Part shown: positions 52,351 to 64,000 of the stretch, piece after piece
How positions within the stretch are numbered: position 1 is the first letter of the stretch
Layout: each line of letters begins with the position of its first letter
Translations under genes and position numbers: made by a program
Notes under the pieces: model-generated
Told to the model about the DNA's origin: nothing
The model's input: the letters and a program-made list of their open reading frames with translations, nothing else
The model's database searches: none
NCBI RefSeq assembly: GCF_041956535.1
Contig: NW_027192206.1
Coordinates: 399,488 to 463,487, forward strand
Direction: 5' to 3'
DNA length: 64,000 nucleotides
Origin: Calcarisporiella thermophila CBS 279.70
Lineage: Eukaryota; Fungi; Calcarisporiellomycota

Positions 52351-52814
52351 TTACTTGTGACAACACTTGATGTGCCAGGTTAGGGTGTTCTTGTGGGAGA
52401 AAGCCTTGGTGCATCCTTCAAAGTCGCAGCGGTACGGCAGCCGGCCAATGTGAATCCTGCGGTGCCGGGCGAGCGAGCTGCTGTCGGAGAAGCGCTTCTC
52501 ACAGTGCTCGCAGTGGTGAGGGCGCTCGCCGCTGTGGGTGCGCAGATGGACGGTCAAGGCACTTCGCTGGATAAAGCCTTGAGGATTATGGGGAAACGTT
52601 AGACCTGGTAAGCAAACCGGTGGAATGGGATGAGGGAAGGAGGGGAGGGGCGCTTACTCTTGAGGCAGAGCGGGCAACGGAACGGGCGGTCGTTGCTGTG
52701 AATGCGCGAGTGACGCGCCAGATCCGAGCGGCGCGAAAAGGCCTTGTTGCATTCGGAGCAGGGGTAGGGCTTGGAGTGGATGTGGTCGTGGTGAATGAGT
52801 TCCAGAATGTCCAT
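52351..52814 (-). CDS. Small four-finger C2H2 zinc finger transcription factor (2 exons)
   Basis: [42 protein letters not shown] (across an intron), [45 protein letters not shown]. Confidence 0.9.
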
Positions 52815-54026
52815 TGCGGGGGGAGGGAAGGGTGGCGAATGAGCGTTGCAAAGAGATACCAGCTCTCGGGGAGAAAAGGGCGGCTAAAGATTGGAGAGGA
52901 ATGAGCACACGGAGGAATGAGGGGCGGCGGCGGCGGCGAGGAGGTGGGGAAGGAGCACGGCAAGGCGGGAAAATACGAGTTTGGAGGGGCTTGTGTTTTC
53001 CCGGCAGTTCACGGCGGCCTCAGCGGGGCCCTTTATATAGCCATTAATTAAGAAAACGGGAATGCAACGCTTTGCGTTTAGAAAACGAGGCGCCTACACT
53101 CTGAGGTGGAGAGAAGGGGGAAATTGGGTTCAAATTGCACTGCTCTTCATTTGCACTGTTATGGAAGGTGTCGGTGTATGGCATCGGGTGATCGCTGAGC
53201 TGCTGGGCTCGCCGTCACACCGAGGCCCTGCTGCCATGTAAGCAGCGCCGCAGGGTGCCGTGCGTGCGGCTCGCCTCTCTTTAAGCTTTATGAGCGATGG
53301 CCGCCGTGCATGGGCAGCCCATCCCTGCCGCTGCAAAACTACCTCTGCGCCGGCCCAAACCGGTCGAACGAGTCTCGTTCAGATTGCGGATGATTTCCCC
53401 CCCGCAAATTCCGCACGGTTTTTCCCAGCTTGTTTCTTCTTTTTTCCCCTGAGCGGTTCGCGGGGGGCAGCGCAAACAGGGGAGAGAGGGCCAGCACTTC
53501 ACACACACGCCCCCCCTTGCAGCCGCTGCACCCAGCCTCCCTTCTCGCTCGCCTCTTCATTTTGACTCTCAGACTGCGCCGATTAATAATTTCCCCTTTT
53601 TCCCTAAGCTCCCCTCTCTGGCCCCTTCCTCTCAGCGAATGGACTAAAATGGCTATATTTCCTAATGCGGCACGGATCTTGGGCACATACAAAATAAATA
53701 ATCAGTAGAAGAAGAGACAATATGAGGCTGACAGGGTAGAGAGAAAGGCGAAAAATTTCATTGTGTAGAACTGTATAGAGGCGAGGATAATGAACATAGA
53801 TAGCAGCAGCAGCAGAAAGAGAAAAAAGAAAAAAAAAACAAAGACAAAGGCGAGCGAAGGCGGAGAGGCTGCGACAAGGGAGCAAACGGTAGGAAAGGAA
53901 GACAAAGGGAAGAGAAACATCAAAACTGTACAATCTAAGGTAACTTCGGTCGTTTATCCATGCACACTGATCAGAGAGAAAGACGGCCTCGACGGGGCCA
54001 CAACACGCGAAAAACAAAATAGAGTT

Positions 54027-55217
54027 CTAGTCATAAACAGGAGCCGAAGATCCTTGCCCAGCTGGGAGCCCAAGCTCCGACGGGTCTCTGCGCTCCTCGG
54101 TGGGCAAATAGAAAAAGACGGGCGGGCCGAGGTTGAAGGAACGCTGGCGGCCCAGCAACTGCTCGCGCTCTCGCTGAAGCCGAATCTGGGTCTCGCGCAG
54201 ATGCCTTAGATGCTCCTGCTGTCGCTGCATCTGCCGCAGATGACTCCGCTTGTGCACGGAGAGGGTGTCCGATCGCGGAAATGCCTTGCCGCACAGCGGG
54301 CATTCGTAGGGGCGGATCCGCGAATGAGAGCTGCGCAGATGCCGCTTGAAGTGCTGGAACCGCTTGAACGCCTTGTGGCAGCCTTCATGTGGGCATGCGA
54401 AAGGGCGCGATTCATCCCCGGTCGAATGGAAGGTCACGGAGGGGGAGGTGGCCGCAGTTGCAGAGTCAGAGGAGGAGGAGGACGAGGACGAGGACGAGGA
54501 CGACGTCGTGGCGGAAGAGAGGGCCGACGCACTAGGCACGGACAGATTGTGCTTGTGCTTGTGTCTGAATTTGCCGCCGGCAATGTCGTTGTCGGCATCC
54601 TCCTCGCCGATCCCATCCGCAAGCCCGCCTTCTTCCTTGGTGAGAGGGGGCGGAGAGCCGGGGTACAGGGGGCGGGCGGAGGAGGAGGAGGAGGAGAAGG
54701 GGGGCTCCGACACGGTGTGGGCACGCCGGCGGAGCGCCACCGGGGAGGTCGCCAGGTACGGCTCTGGCTGAGGAGAGCATTGGAGCGAGCTGCACGAGAG
54801 CGCGGAAGGCGACGAGGGCGTTTGCAGGGGAGAGGGGGCCGACGGGGAGGAGAACGAGTCGTAGGGGATATAGGATTGGGATATTTCGGGGTGGGTGCTG
54901 GTGAAGCTGGGTGGTATGAAATAGTGGGGGGGGATGCCTGCGGACTTGTCCCAGCGCTCCCAGGCTCGAGAGCCGCAGTCGGAGGCCACGGACGGCGCCT
55001 TGATGTTCTGCTCGGGGCCGTCGCCCTCGTATCCGCCGGAGGCGGGCTCGCCCTCCCAGGAGTATCCTTGCATGGCCATGTCAGGCCACGCCTCCCCATG
55101 CAAGGGCTGGATATACTCCCCACTAGGCTCGAATCCGTCCACGGAGGAATAGGGGAAGGGCGGCACCTGGTCGAGCTGCAGCACGGGGTCAAACATCGAG
55201 AAGGGTTGTGTCGTCAT
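54027..55217 (-). CDS. Two-finger C2H2 transcription factor (Msn2/Seb1/BrlA-like finger type)
   Basis: RPFACPHEGCHKAFKRFQHFKRHLRSSH and RPYECPLCGKAFPRSDTLSVHKRSH; Ser/Pro-rich activation-like region; intronless. Confidence 0.85.
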   Translation of the reverse strand: MTTQPFSMFDPVLQLDQVPPFPYSSVDGFEPSGEYIQPLHGEAWPDMAMQGYSWEGEPASGGYEGDGPEQNIKAPSVASDCGSRAWERWDKSAGIPPHYFIPPSFTSTHPEISQSYIPYDSFSSPSAPSPLQTPSSPSALSCSSLQCSPQPEPYLATSPVALRRRAHTVSEPPFSSSSSSARPLYPGSPPPLTKEEGGLADGIGEEDADNDIAGGKFRHKHKHNLSVPSASALSSATTSSSSSSSSSSSSDSATAATSPSVTFHSTGDESRPFACPHEGCHKAFKRFQHFKRHLRSSHSRIRPYECPLCGKAFPRSDTLSVHKRSHLRQMQRQQEHLRHLRETQIRLQREREQLLGRQRSFNLGPPVFFYLPTEERRDPSELGLPAGQGSSAPVYD

Positions 55218-56426
55218 ATCTTCAGCCTAGTGAGGATGGACGAGGGCAAATGAAATGAGAAAGAGTGGAGTCAATGGGGGCGGCGGGCTCAATGAGAGAA
55301 TGCAAATGACAGTGCAAATATCTAGAATAACAAGTGGAGGAGGAGGAAAGGGAGGAGTGGATGCAAGGTATGGGGGGGGAATCAAGATCAGTATCAAGCA
55401 GCAAGAGCCGATGAGGATGCGGGTGCAGGAAGGGGAGAAGAAGGAGAGGGCGAGAGAGAAAATAAAAATGAAAACGAGAGGGAGGTTCAGGAGGAGACGG
55501 GTGGTTTGGCTTGCGTATTTATTCAAAAACAAAGAAGTACGAGTGTAACAAAGGAGGAAGGCGGCCTTGCTGACGAGATAATTGGCAATATAGAGGTGAA
55601 TAGGAATGGCATCAACAGGGTGTATCTTTGTGGTTTGGGATGGAGGGAGTAAAGGTTTTCACCAAGCAAGAAAGAAATGCCGATTTTATATACAAAGGTG
55701 ATCGGTGGTCGGAGTAGGTGGCCCAAGCAAAAGAGCCAATTTCTGAGCATCTGTGGGAAGGGGAGGGGGGGGGGGAGGTGGCGCGGAACACAGGAACACG
55801 AAATTTCCAAGGTATCCATTCAGGCTTTATTAAACTGATAAAAGCAGAACACTGGAGAGACAAGTGACAAACTTTAAGGTTCGCGTCCTTTTATCCTCAT
55901 CCTTTTTTGGGCGTGCGTTATGTGTGGAGAATCGAGGCCTTCGGATGGGGCCACGCTGAGCAGCCACAGTATATCTTCAATAGTGCAGGGCGCGAGGAGC
56001 ACCGGGCGCCCAGGGGGAGGGGGGGGGAGAGGGGGGAGAAGCGGCAGGAAAGGAGACTCAGTGCAGGCGAGCTGCGGCCAATTTGATCGCTTAGAGAGAA
56101 TGAGGGGGGAGCAGGAGAGCACGATGGGGTTTGGCTTTATTTCCCCCCTCCACGTTTTCCATCGCATCCTCTGTTACAGTCCCGCGGGAATTTTGAGGTG
56201 AAGAAACCGGAACAGTAAAATTGGACCTAGCTTACCGGGGAGCATGAAGCCTCCCCCCCCCCCCTCTCTCCCCCAATGACGAATGCAAATTTGCCACTGT
56301 GTAAGATCGATGGATGTGCTAAGTTTAGATAGCTGGGGGCCAAAGTTCAGAGAGGACTATGAAAACACATGGCACAAAATCCATAATCACAATAAACGTT
56401 AGTCTCAAGAAAATTTATCGAGCAGC

Positions 56427-57051
56427 NNNNNNNNNNNNNNNNNNNNNNNNNNNNNNNNNNNNNNNNNNNNNNNNNNNNNNNNNNNNNNNNNNNNNNNNNN
56501 NNNNNNNNNNNNNNNNNNNNNNNNNNNNNNNNNNNNNNNNNNNNNNNNNNNNNNNNNNNNNNNNNNNNNNNNNNNNNNNNNNNNNNNNNNNNNNNNNNNN
56601 NNNNNNNNNNNNNNNNNNNNNNNNNNNNNNNNNNNNNNNNNNNNNNNNNNNNNNNNNNNNNNNNNNNNNNNNNNNNNNNNNNNNNNNNNNNNNNNNNNNN
56701 NNNNNNNNNNNNNNNNNNNNNNNNNNNNNNNNNNNNNNNNNNNNNNNNNNNNNNNNNNNNNNNNNNNNNNNNNNNNNNNNNNNNNNNNNNNNNNNNNNNN
56801 NNNNNNNNNNNNNNNNNNNNNNNNNNNNNNNNNNNNNNNNNNNNNNNNNNNNNNNNNNNNNNNNNNNNNNNNNNNNNNNNNNNNNNNNNNNNNNNNNNNN
56901 NNNNNNNNNNNNNNNNNNNNNNNNNNNNNNNNNNNNNNNNNNNNNNNNNNNNNNNNNNNNNNNNNNNNNNNNNNNNNNNNNNNNNNNNNNNNNNNNNNNN
57001 NNNNNNNNNNNNNNNNNNNNNNNNNNNNNNNNNNNNNNNNNNNNNNNNNNN
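56427..57051. other. Assembly gap (N run)
   Basis: Run of N flanked on the right by a C-rich low-complexity tract. Confidence 1.
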
Positions 57052-57546
57052 AACGACGCCACCCCACCCCCCCTCCCCCCTTCCCCCCCCCCCTCCCCCC
57101 ACCCCTGCTCTGCAGCCAGCGTGCCCATTGCACTGAGTCAGAAGAGGAGGCAGCCGAGACCCACTCTAAGACATGGATAACTTTAAAAAAGGTGAACGAG
57201 GCGGCAAAAGGGAAACACTTTGTTGAAAAAGGAAAGGCGGGCCCTCATGTAAGCCAAATCCAACCACAAATAGGCAGGCAAAGTGATCGAAGTTTCATAT
57301 CTCGATATATAAATATAAGACACACGACATGCGGGATGCATTAACAAGAGAAACAAGTGGAAATAGCACATAGACACCGATGGGATCAAGGAGGGAGAAA
57401 AAGGAAAAAGGGGCTCACCATCACCTTACTTCATCCTCCACCTGTTTCACTTGCGCTCAGTCCATTCGTTTCCTCGGAGCCCAGTAGTCTGGTCCTCATG
57501 ATCGGCCTCCGTCCTCGGTGGCTTTTGGATGCCTCCGCTCACCCCT

Positions 57547-59182
57547 CTATCGCCCTCCCCTTCCTCTCCTGCCACTCCCTGCCGCGTCCCTCTGCCCACG
57601 CTCGCGCTCGTGCCCTTCTGCCTCGCTGTCCTCCGGCTCCGCCCGCTCTGGAAGCCCTAGCTGCCTCCGCAATTGGCCGGTGTGCCCCAGCAGCTCCGCG
57701 ATCTTGGCATCCTGATCTTCGACAAGTCGACTCAGCTCCAGTATATACTCGTAAGCTACGAAAGTCCAATGACGTGAATTGGCATTAGTAAGAGGATTGC
57801 GAATAAGAATAAAATTTGGAAACTTCAAAAGTCATGAGTGAAAATGGGAAAAAAAAAAAACGAAAAACATGCAAAACTAAACGCTAATTTGTACATTTTT
57901 TCAGTAGTGCCATTTTGCTCGGGTGCTCCATTTCTGGTAGAATACCCCGCAGGTCCTCAAAACACTGCTTGAGAAGGTCACGGCGCTTCTGCTCGGCGGC
58001 TTTGTGCGAAGTGCGGCGTAGTGTGATGCCTGACTGGAGTTCGGGAGAATGGTTCAACCCAAGGATCCTAGAGGAAATCGACAATGGGTTTTCCAATGAG
58101 CAAGCCAACCTTAAATGGCATAAAATTCATGGCTCAAGACTCACTTGCTGTCTCCGTCTCGGATGGTCTGGTAGTTGCTTTTCACTGTCAATCTGGCGGC
58201 GGCTTCTTCTGATGAAACTGTCATTCCAAAGACAATCAGCATTCCCTCCCCATGCTCACACCGTCAGCAAAAGCCCCCGGGTACAGAGGGGCTTGATCCA
58301 AGCAATAGTTACCTCCGGGCAAAAGTGGCTTCAGGTTGGGACTTATCAACGCTTTGGGCCCGAGCGTGGCCGGCCTCACGGCGGCCGCCGCCGAGGAGGG
58401 AGGTGGAGGAGGCATGTCGGACGCTCTGCTCAGGTTCATCAGGGACGCGGGGGTGGCCGGCGTCGGTCGGGGAGGGGGCGGCGGCATCGCTGAACTGCAG
58501 GCGGCGGTGGAGGAAGGCGAGAACGAGGGGTCGTTGCCGGCTACAGGCAATGCGATAAGGGACTGGGAGTCTGGCGACTCCTTTGCCGCCGCCCCCTTGG
58601 AATCCCTACGCTTCTTGCGGTAGGGCTCATGGGCGCGTTTCTTCTTGTGACTCTGCTGGGAGGAGGGCGGCCGCTGCGATGAGGAGGGCTGTGGAAGCAG
58701 TGCGGGGGAGGTGAGCGGCGAAAATATCTCGGTGGGTGTGATAACCTCTTGCCCAAAAAAGGATTGCGAAGGGGTGATGGCGGGAGAGATTAGCATAAGC
58801 TAAGCATTAGAAAAAGAAGGCATATTAAATCTCCATCATGTTCATTCCATTCAAGATGCTTGGCGCGTGCCTCATCCACTTCCTCATCGAATTCTTGATC
58901 CAGGATCATATTTGTCTCCATAGTCAGCGGCGTCATGTACATGTTTTGCGAGAAGTATCCGCTCTCGGAGGAGCCGGTCCTATGCTCATGCTCTGCCTCA
59001 AGGGAGTGCTCCTGTTCCGAGGCGAGGCCGTCCTCGCGCATGTTTGACTTATGTGAATTTTGTCTTCTGGCTTGAGACTCTTGCCGGGTCCCGGCCCTGT
59101 TGGATGGTTCCATTTCGAGATCAAAATTAAAGCTGTTAACATCTATTTTAGAGGAGAGCGAATCGAGATTGAAAGTAGGCAT
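57547..59182 (-). CDS. bHLH transcription factor of the Pho4/NUC-1 type, multi-exon
   Basis: FSPLTSPAL, PATPASLM, ISPNLKPLLPG and KSNYQ motifs characteristic of NUC-1/PalcA-like proteins; bHLH RRTSHKAAEQKRRD...SKMALLKKSYEYILEL. Confidence 0.82.
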
Positions 59183-59548
59183 CTCGAGAATTAAGAGGTA
59201 GCATTCGAAATTAAATGAGGGTATAGACCCGATAAATAGTATGTATGCGTTGCGAGAGAAGACAAAAGGGGAGAGATGAGCAAATAATGGGGGAACACTA
59301 ATAACAATGGATCAAGAAATGCACAGAATAAAAAAAAAGGAAGGAAAGAGCCAAGTCGTTCACAGGCGGGGATTGGGCTCGTTTTTTCATTTTAGAGTGA
59401 ACACCGACTGTGGACGAGATTCCCATCTAAGATTGGGATACCAAGTAATAAAGATGCAGTATGTTTGCTACAAGCTTGAAAGTGCAAGAGGTTCATGGAA
59501 GATCTATCCAAATATCAACAATAAAGCAGGCCACGTCCCCCCCCTCCC

Positions 59549-59815
59549 TCAACCTAGAACGACTGCCCAACTGCTCGGCTTAGGCGCCTCTACTCCCGCT
59601 CGTCTCTCCCACCTCACAACATCCTCTTCAAACGTGTCGAACATCCTCTCAATGTCGTCCAACCCTGCAATAAGGGCCTCGAGATCGGTGTTAATACGCG
59701 CGAGAGGGGCCGTCTTGCACGTAGCGCAAGCGCGACGAGGCATATAAGGCTTTGGGCGGGTCAATCTGAATCGGCGCGGAGTACCAGCGCCGGCACGGCG
59801 AGGGGCGTGGATCAT
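59549..59815 (-). CDS. Possible small orphan protein (88 aa) with CxxC and an acidic helix
   Basis: ATG at 59815 downstream of TATAAA (~59940-59945, minus strand) and a CT-rich leader; no homology recognised. Confidence 0.4.
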   Translation of the reverse strand: MIHAPRRAGAGTPRRFRLTRPKPYMPRRACATCKTAPLARINTDLEALIAGLDDIERMFDTFEEDVVRWERRAGVEAPKPSSWAVVLG

Positions 59816-61428
59816 TGTTCGAGTAGGACAATAGCTATGAGGATGGCGACGTCTTGGATCGGTGCGCGTGCAAGTATGGCAGAAAGAGGAAAAGAAAAGC
59901 GAAGAGAACGAGGGCGTGAGGAAGGGTCGCCGAGGGGCATTTATAGGGGATTGCCAAGGAGATAGGTGGAGAGCGCCGAATTGCAACCCCCTTCTGCGGG
60001 TCGGCCTAAATAAACTCGGACCTGTCAAATTCAAGCGAAAATTTATTTTTAGCCCAGAATTTTCGCCGTAGGGTCCGGCTCCAATTTTTCAACCCTTGGC
60101 CCGAACTCTCTGCCCCCTTTCTCGCCACCACACAGGCGGTGGCTATTTGCAGTGGAGGGGAGGGCTGGAATCCGGCCGGCACCCCGGGGCTACTGGTTGC
60201 CCACCCACTGTGCCCAAGTGTGGCCGTGCCGTTGGCCAAACGCCTGTACTTCCGTCGGCTCGGAAAAGGTCGCGGCTTAGCCCTCTCCAACCTGCCTGGA
60301 GGTATCGATTCCGCGCCGCAGATTTAGACTTCTACTAACGCGTAGATTTGGCTTTATTTTGAGCATGTGCACAGAGCTGCAAGAATCCAAAAGTGGGTGC
60401 CAAAGTCGGGCGTTGCAAATGGGCGCTGCTTAGCTTAGGACAGTGCGGCGCGCGGTGTTAATACAGATTTCATACGGAGACCAAGGTGGAGGAGTTCGCG
60501 CAGAGTTCCTCAAGAGGCCCCCCTCTCCCCTCTTCACAAGGCTTAGCGGGCAAGTCTTGGGAGAGCTCGCCACTCCTAGAATGCATTTGGGGGGCAAGCC
60601 AGCGCGTAGATTGAGGCTTCACCGTCGTGAAAGTGGCTACGCCAAAAAACAGGTTTTCGGTGGCCTGGTTTGCATCAAAGTTGCGCGCCGAATCATCAGA
60701 TTGGCATGGGCGAGAAAGGCAAGCCTAAGAGAGCAAAGCAATGGCAAAGCACGGCAGGAGGAAATACCGCGAGAGAAGTGTCAGTAGAATCTGACAGGAG
60801 GCCTTGCTCCTAGGCTCCCCGTCAGGTGATAGCCGGGCAGAAAGGGGGTGCGGAGCGTAGGGTCGGAGTAGAGTGGGACGAGCGGGAGTTTGCAAGTGAG
60901 AGGGGTCCTCCATTCCAGTGGTCATCAGAACGATGCTTATCAAAGCTATCAAGCTTTAATATTAATTGAAAGCTTTCGTGAGAAAGCTATTGTGACCGTC
61001 GGGATGCAATTGAAAAGGAATCCCGCTTGGGAGGGGGGAGGAGGAGGGGACAGACTCGAGCAGCGTCATCGAACCCCTCGCCCTCCGCGGGTGATAGAAA
61101 ACGCGGCCGTCGGGCGAGCGAAAATAAGATTCTTACAGCATCGGTATTGCGGGTGTATATCTGCGCGCCCTATTTTCTAATTGCCCCTTCAACCTGATGT
61201 CATGAAGTATCGACTTTTTGGTAGTATTGTGATGCAAAGATTAAGTTTCGTGCTAGATAAATATATCGGGACTTGGTCGAGTGGTGTTTGAGAAAACGTG
61301 GAAAAAATTGTTTATATTTTTTCTGGTTTGCCGGAACCACAAGTGACACCCTTTCATTCCCTCCCCCTCCTCGCTTGCCTAACCTATTTTATGAACTCCA
61401 GCTAATCTGACCATCACGTCTACCAAGA

Positions 61429-63105
61429 ATGTTGAAAACCGCACCATCAGGAAGGCTGTTTGCAAAGGCAAGTCCTCTTTTTCCTTACCATGGCCTGTGG
61501 ATCTTCAATCCAGCCCCGAATCGGGCGGGAGCGAGCGGGCGGGCGGGCAAAGATTGGCTCAGATGGACCCTTTTAACCCTCTTCCCCCCCCCCCCATTCT
61601 AGGACATTTTCGAGCTCTTTGCAACCCTTCTCGTCACCATCCCCATCGAAACCCATCGCCGTAACTTTCGCACTTACCAGAACACCTTCACGGGGGAGCA
61701 GACCCTCTCGAATCTCATCTCTCTCAAAGTCACACAGTATTCGCGCCACCCGGATCCACATGACCCCACACGCATTGTCACCCTGACATCATCAAAATCC
61801 CTTGGCATCAGCAAGGATGTGGCTAAAACGCTCTGCCATCATTTTCTCCAGGCTGGGCTGATGGAGAGTGCTACCGATCGCTCGAGCCAGAATTTCAAGG
61901 AGAAGGGCCTCTACCGAGTGACACAGAAAGGGGCCCACATCCTCGAGCGGCACATCAACAAAAACAACATAGCCGCGGCCCATCTGCAGACCCTCTTTGG
62001 GCAGACCATCCCCATCAAGGTCCTGCCGCTGGATCGCGACCCGGAATTCGACCTGGTGCTGCTTGATCAGCGCCGGCTCGGGGTCATTTTCCGACGGTTT
62101 GCCGGCCCCTCCCCCAACAACTCAAAGGCCCCCGATGACGGCGACGACTCGGGCTCGGTGGCCAGTGGGGAGGCCGATAGAAGCCGCGGCATCCAGGTCA
62201 AGGACCGGCAGTACTTCTTCAAGCAGTACAAAAACACGTTCCACGGCCAGGGCGCGGTCGACTGGCTGCGCGACTTCACCACCACCATCTCGCGCGACGA
62301 GGCGAACGAGATTGCCAACGAGTTTGTTCGTGCGGGCCTGGTGGAGGAGCTGATCGACCTCAACGAGTTGCCCGGCTCCGGCGCGGGCGAGCTCGTCTAC
62401 ACACGCACCATCCTCTACCACTTGACCGAGTTTGGCGAGCAGGTGGCGGGGTGGCGGCCGGATGCGGACAGGGACCGCGACAGCGTCTTCTCCGCCAGCA
62501 CCAGCACGCCCTTTAGACACGACGCCGACGGCGGCGAGGTGGTGGACCTGCGCGACATGCTGTCGTATAGCCCCTCCCTTCGCGGGAATGGCCACGACCG
62601 CATCTCGGCCAACAAGGGCGCCGATGGCCTCGACTCGAAAGAGTCGAACGCCACGCGCCTGCAGCAGATCCTAGGGGATGAGCGCCTGCTCCCGCTCTTC
62701 CACGAGTTTTTGCGCACCAACTTCTGCGAGGAGAACCTCTCCTTCTGGTCCGATTGCCAGGACTTTTTGAGCCGATACAACCGGGGCGGGGAGAACCACC
62801 GTGACAATGCCGCCAAGGCCTACGCCATCTACTCCACCTATCTGGCCCCCGCCTCGCCGTCCGAGCTTAACATCGACTACAGCCTTCGGCAAGAGATCCT
62901 GAGGTTCATGAATACGGCCGTGGGCAAGGGGAATGGCGCAGACGTGGCGGACCCCGACGTCGTCATTGGACCCGAGGTGCTTGAGACCATTGTGCAGCTG
63001 TACGGAAAGGTGCAAACCCATATCTTTCGCCTCATGTCCACCGACTCGGTGCCCAAGTTTGTAAAAACCCGCAAGTATCGCCAAGCTCTCCAGGAGCAGG
63101 ATTAG
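61429..63105 (+). CDS. flbA: Regulator of G-protein signalling with DEP and RGS domains (FlbA/Sst2-like), 2 exons
   Basis: Exon 1 MLKTAPSGRLFAK joined via GC-AG intron 61468-61602 to DIFELFATL...PDPHDPTRIV (FlbA N-terminal motif); DEP (TFHGQGAVDWL); RGS (FLRTNFCEENLSFW, SELNID, LMSTDSVPKF). Confidence 0.9.
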
Positions 63106-63419
63106 ATTTCAAGGCATGCCCCCATCCCCAACTGTGTTTTCTCCCCTTTTCCTCTTTTTTTCCTCCTCCGCCTCCGCCTCCTCCTCTTCTTCTTCTTCCG
63201 AACTAGATATACTCTTTCATATATACTTTCACATCTTCTAATTTCAATAATCACTATTTAATTCTCTCTCTCTAGTCTGGTTATTATGCCTATTTCTATT
63301 CGCTTGCATTGATACATATATCTGTTGTCGCATTGTGGAACTTTTACCTTTTTTTAATTTGAAAAACAAGAAAAAAATGAGGTTGGTTGAGACAAAGAGA
63401 GATTCCATGTGTTGTTGTA

Positions 63420-63779
63420 NNNNNNNNNNNNNNNNNNNNNNNNNNNNNNNNNNNNNNNNNNNNNNNNNNNNNNNNNNNNNNNNNNNNNNNNNNNNNNNNN
63501 NNNNNNNNNNNNNNNNNNNNNNNNNNNNNNNNNNNNNNNNNNNNNNNNNNNNNNNNNNNNNNNNNNNNNNNNNNNNNNNNNNNNNNNNNNNNNNNNNNNN
63601 NNNNNNNNNNNNNNNNNNNNNNNNNNNNNNNNNNNNNNNNNNNNNNNNNNNNNNNNNNNNNNNNNNNNNNNNNNNNNNNNNNNNNNNNNNNNNNNNNNNN
63701 NNNNNNNNNNNNNNNNNNNNNNNNNNNNNNNNNNNNNNNNNNNNNNNNNNNNNNNNNNNNNNNNNNNNNNNNNNNNNNN
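63420..63779. other. Assembly gap (N run)
   Basis: Run of N followed by poly-T. Confidence 1.
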
Positions 63780-64000
63780 TTTTTTTTTTTTTTTTTTTTT
63801 TTCTTTTTATACTCTTTTGTCATGTTATTGAATCTGTTGTTTCATCATTGTGTTCATCTTAAAAAATTAAATTTAGTAAAGCTGTTGTTTATCCTCCATG
63901 GATCTCCTCAAGTTGTATTGAATTCTTTTATTAGAGTCGACGATACCCAATCTTTTTTTTCCAAAAAAACACTTTACGCACGAGAACGGAGACGCGAAGC

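Noticed and set aside
55740-57105. Poly-G/poly-C tracts as functional G-quadruplex elements
   Set aside because: Similar homopolymers are scattered throughout the window's non-coding DNA; no specific function can be supported.
56347-57180. Long X-filled ORFs (also 63335-63862)
   Set aside because: Artefacts of translating N gaps.

Overview
Intron-rich eukaryotic genomic DNA (short ~50-100 nt GT-AG introns with CTAAC/CTAAT-type branch points). Gene content (an SLC41/MgtE transporter, an M13 peptidase, complex I NDUFS5, fungal Axl2-, Pho4/NUC-1- and FlbA-like genes) points to a fungus, probably an early-diverging lineage (inference). About 25 protein-coding genes are supported: ABCC transporter, Axl2-like protein, neprilysin-like peptidase, GH16, TPC1, PTC7, RluA-family pseudouridine synthase, DUF3712 protein, CDC55, U2AF65, acyltransferase, TFIIB, SLC41, EMC7, DHODH, S6K-like kinase, transketolase, NDUFS5, TAF11, two C2H2 factors, a Pho4-like bHLH, an FlbA-like RGS and several small orphan ORFs. 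The highlight is invisible in the ORF track. At ~48.0-49.8 kb a spliced non-coding host gene has seven introns, each carrying one box C/D snoRNA in the yeast cluster order snR78-77-76-75-74-73, with a second snR73 copy in the seventh (snR72) slot. All seven sit 68-83 nt upstream of the 3' splice site. The host has a TOP-like pyrimidine leader and a terminal AG|GTAAGT zero-length-exon signal. Two assembly gaps (N runs) are present. No tRNA, rRNA, CRISPR array or clear transposon was recognised. Family assignments come from motif recognition only; no searches were run.
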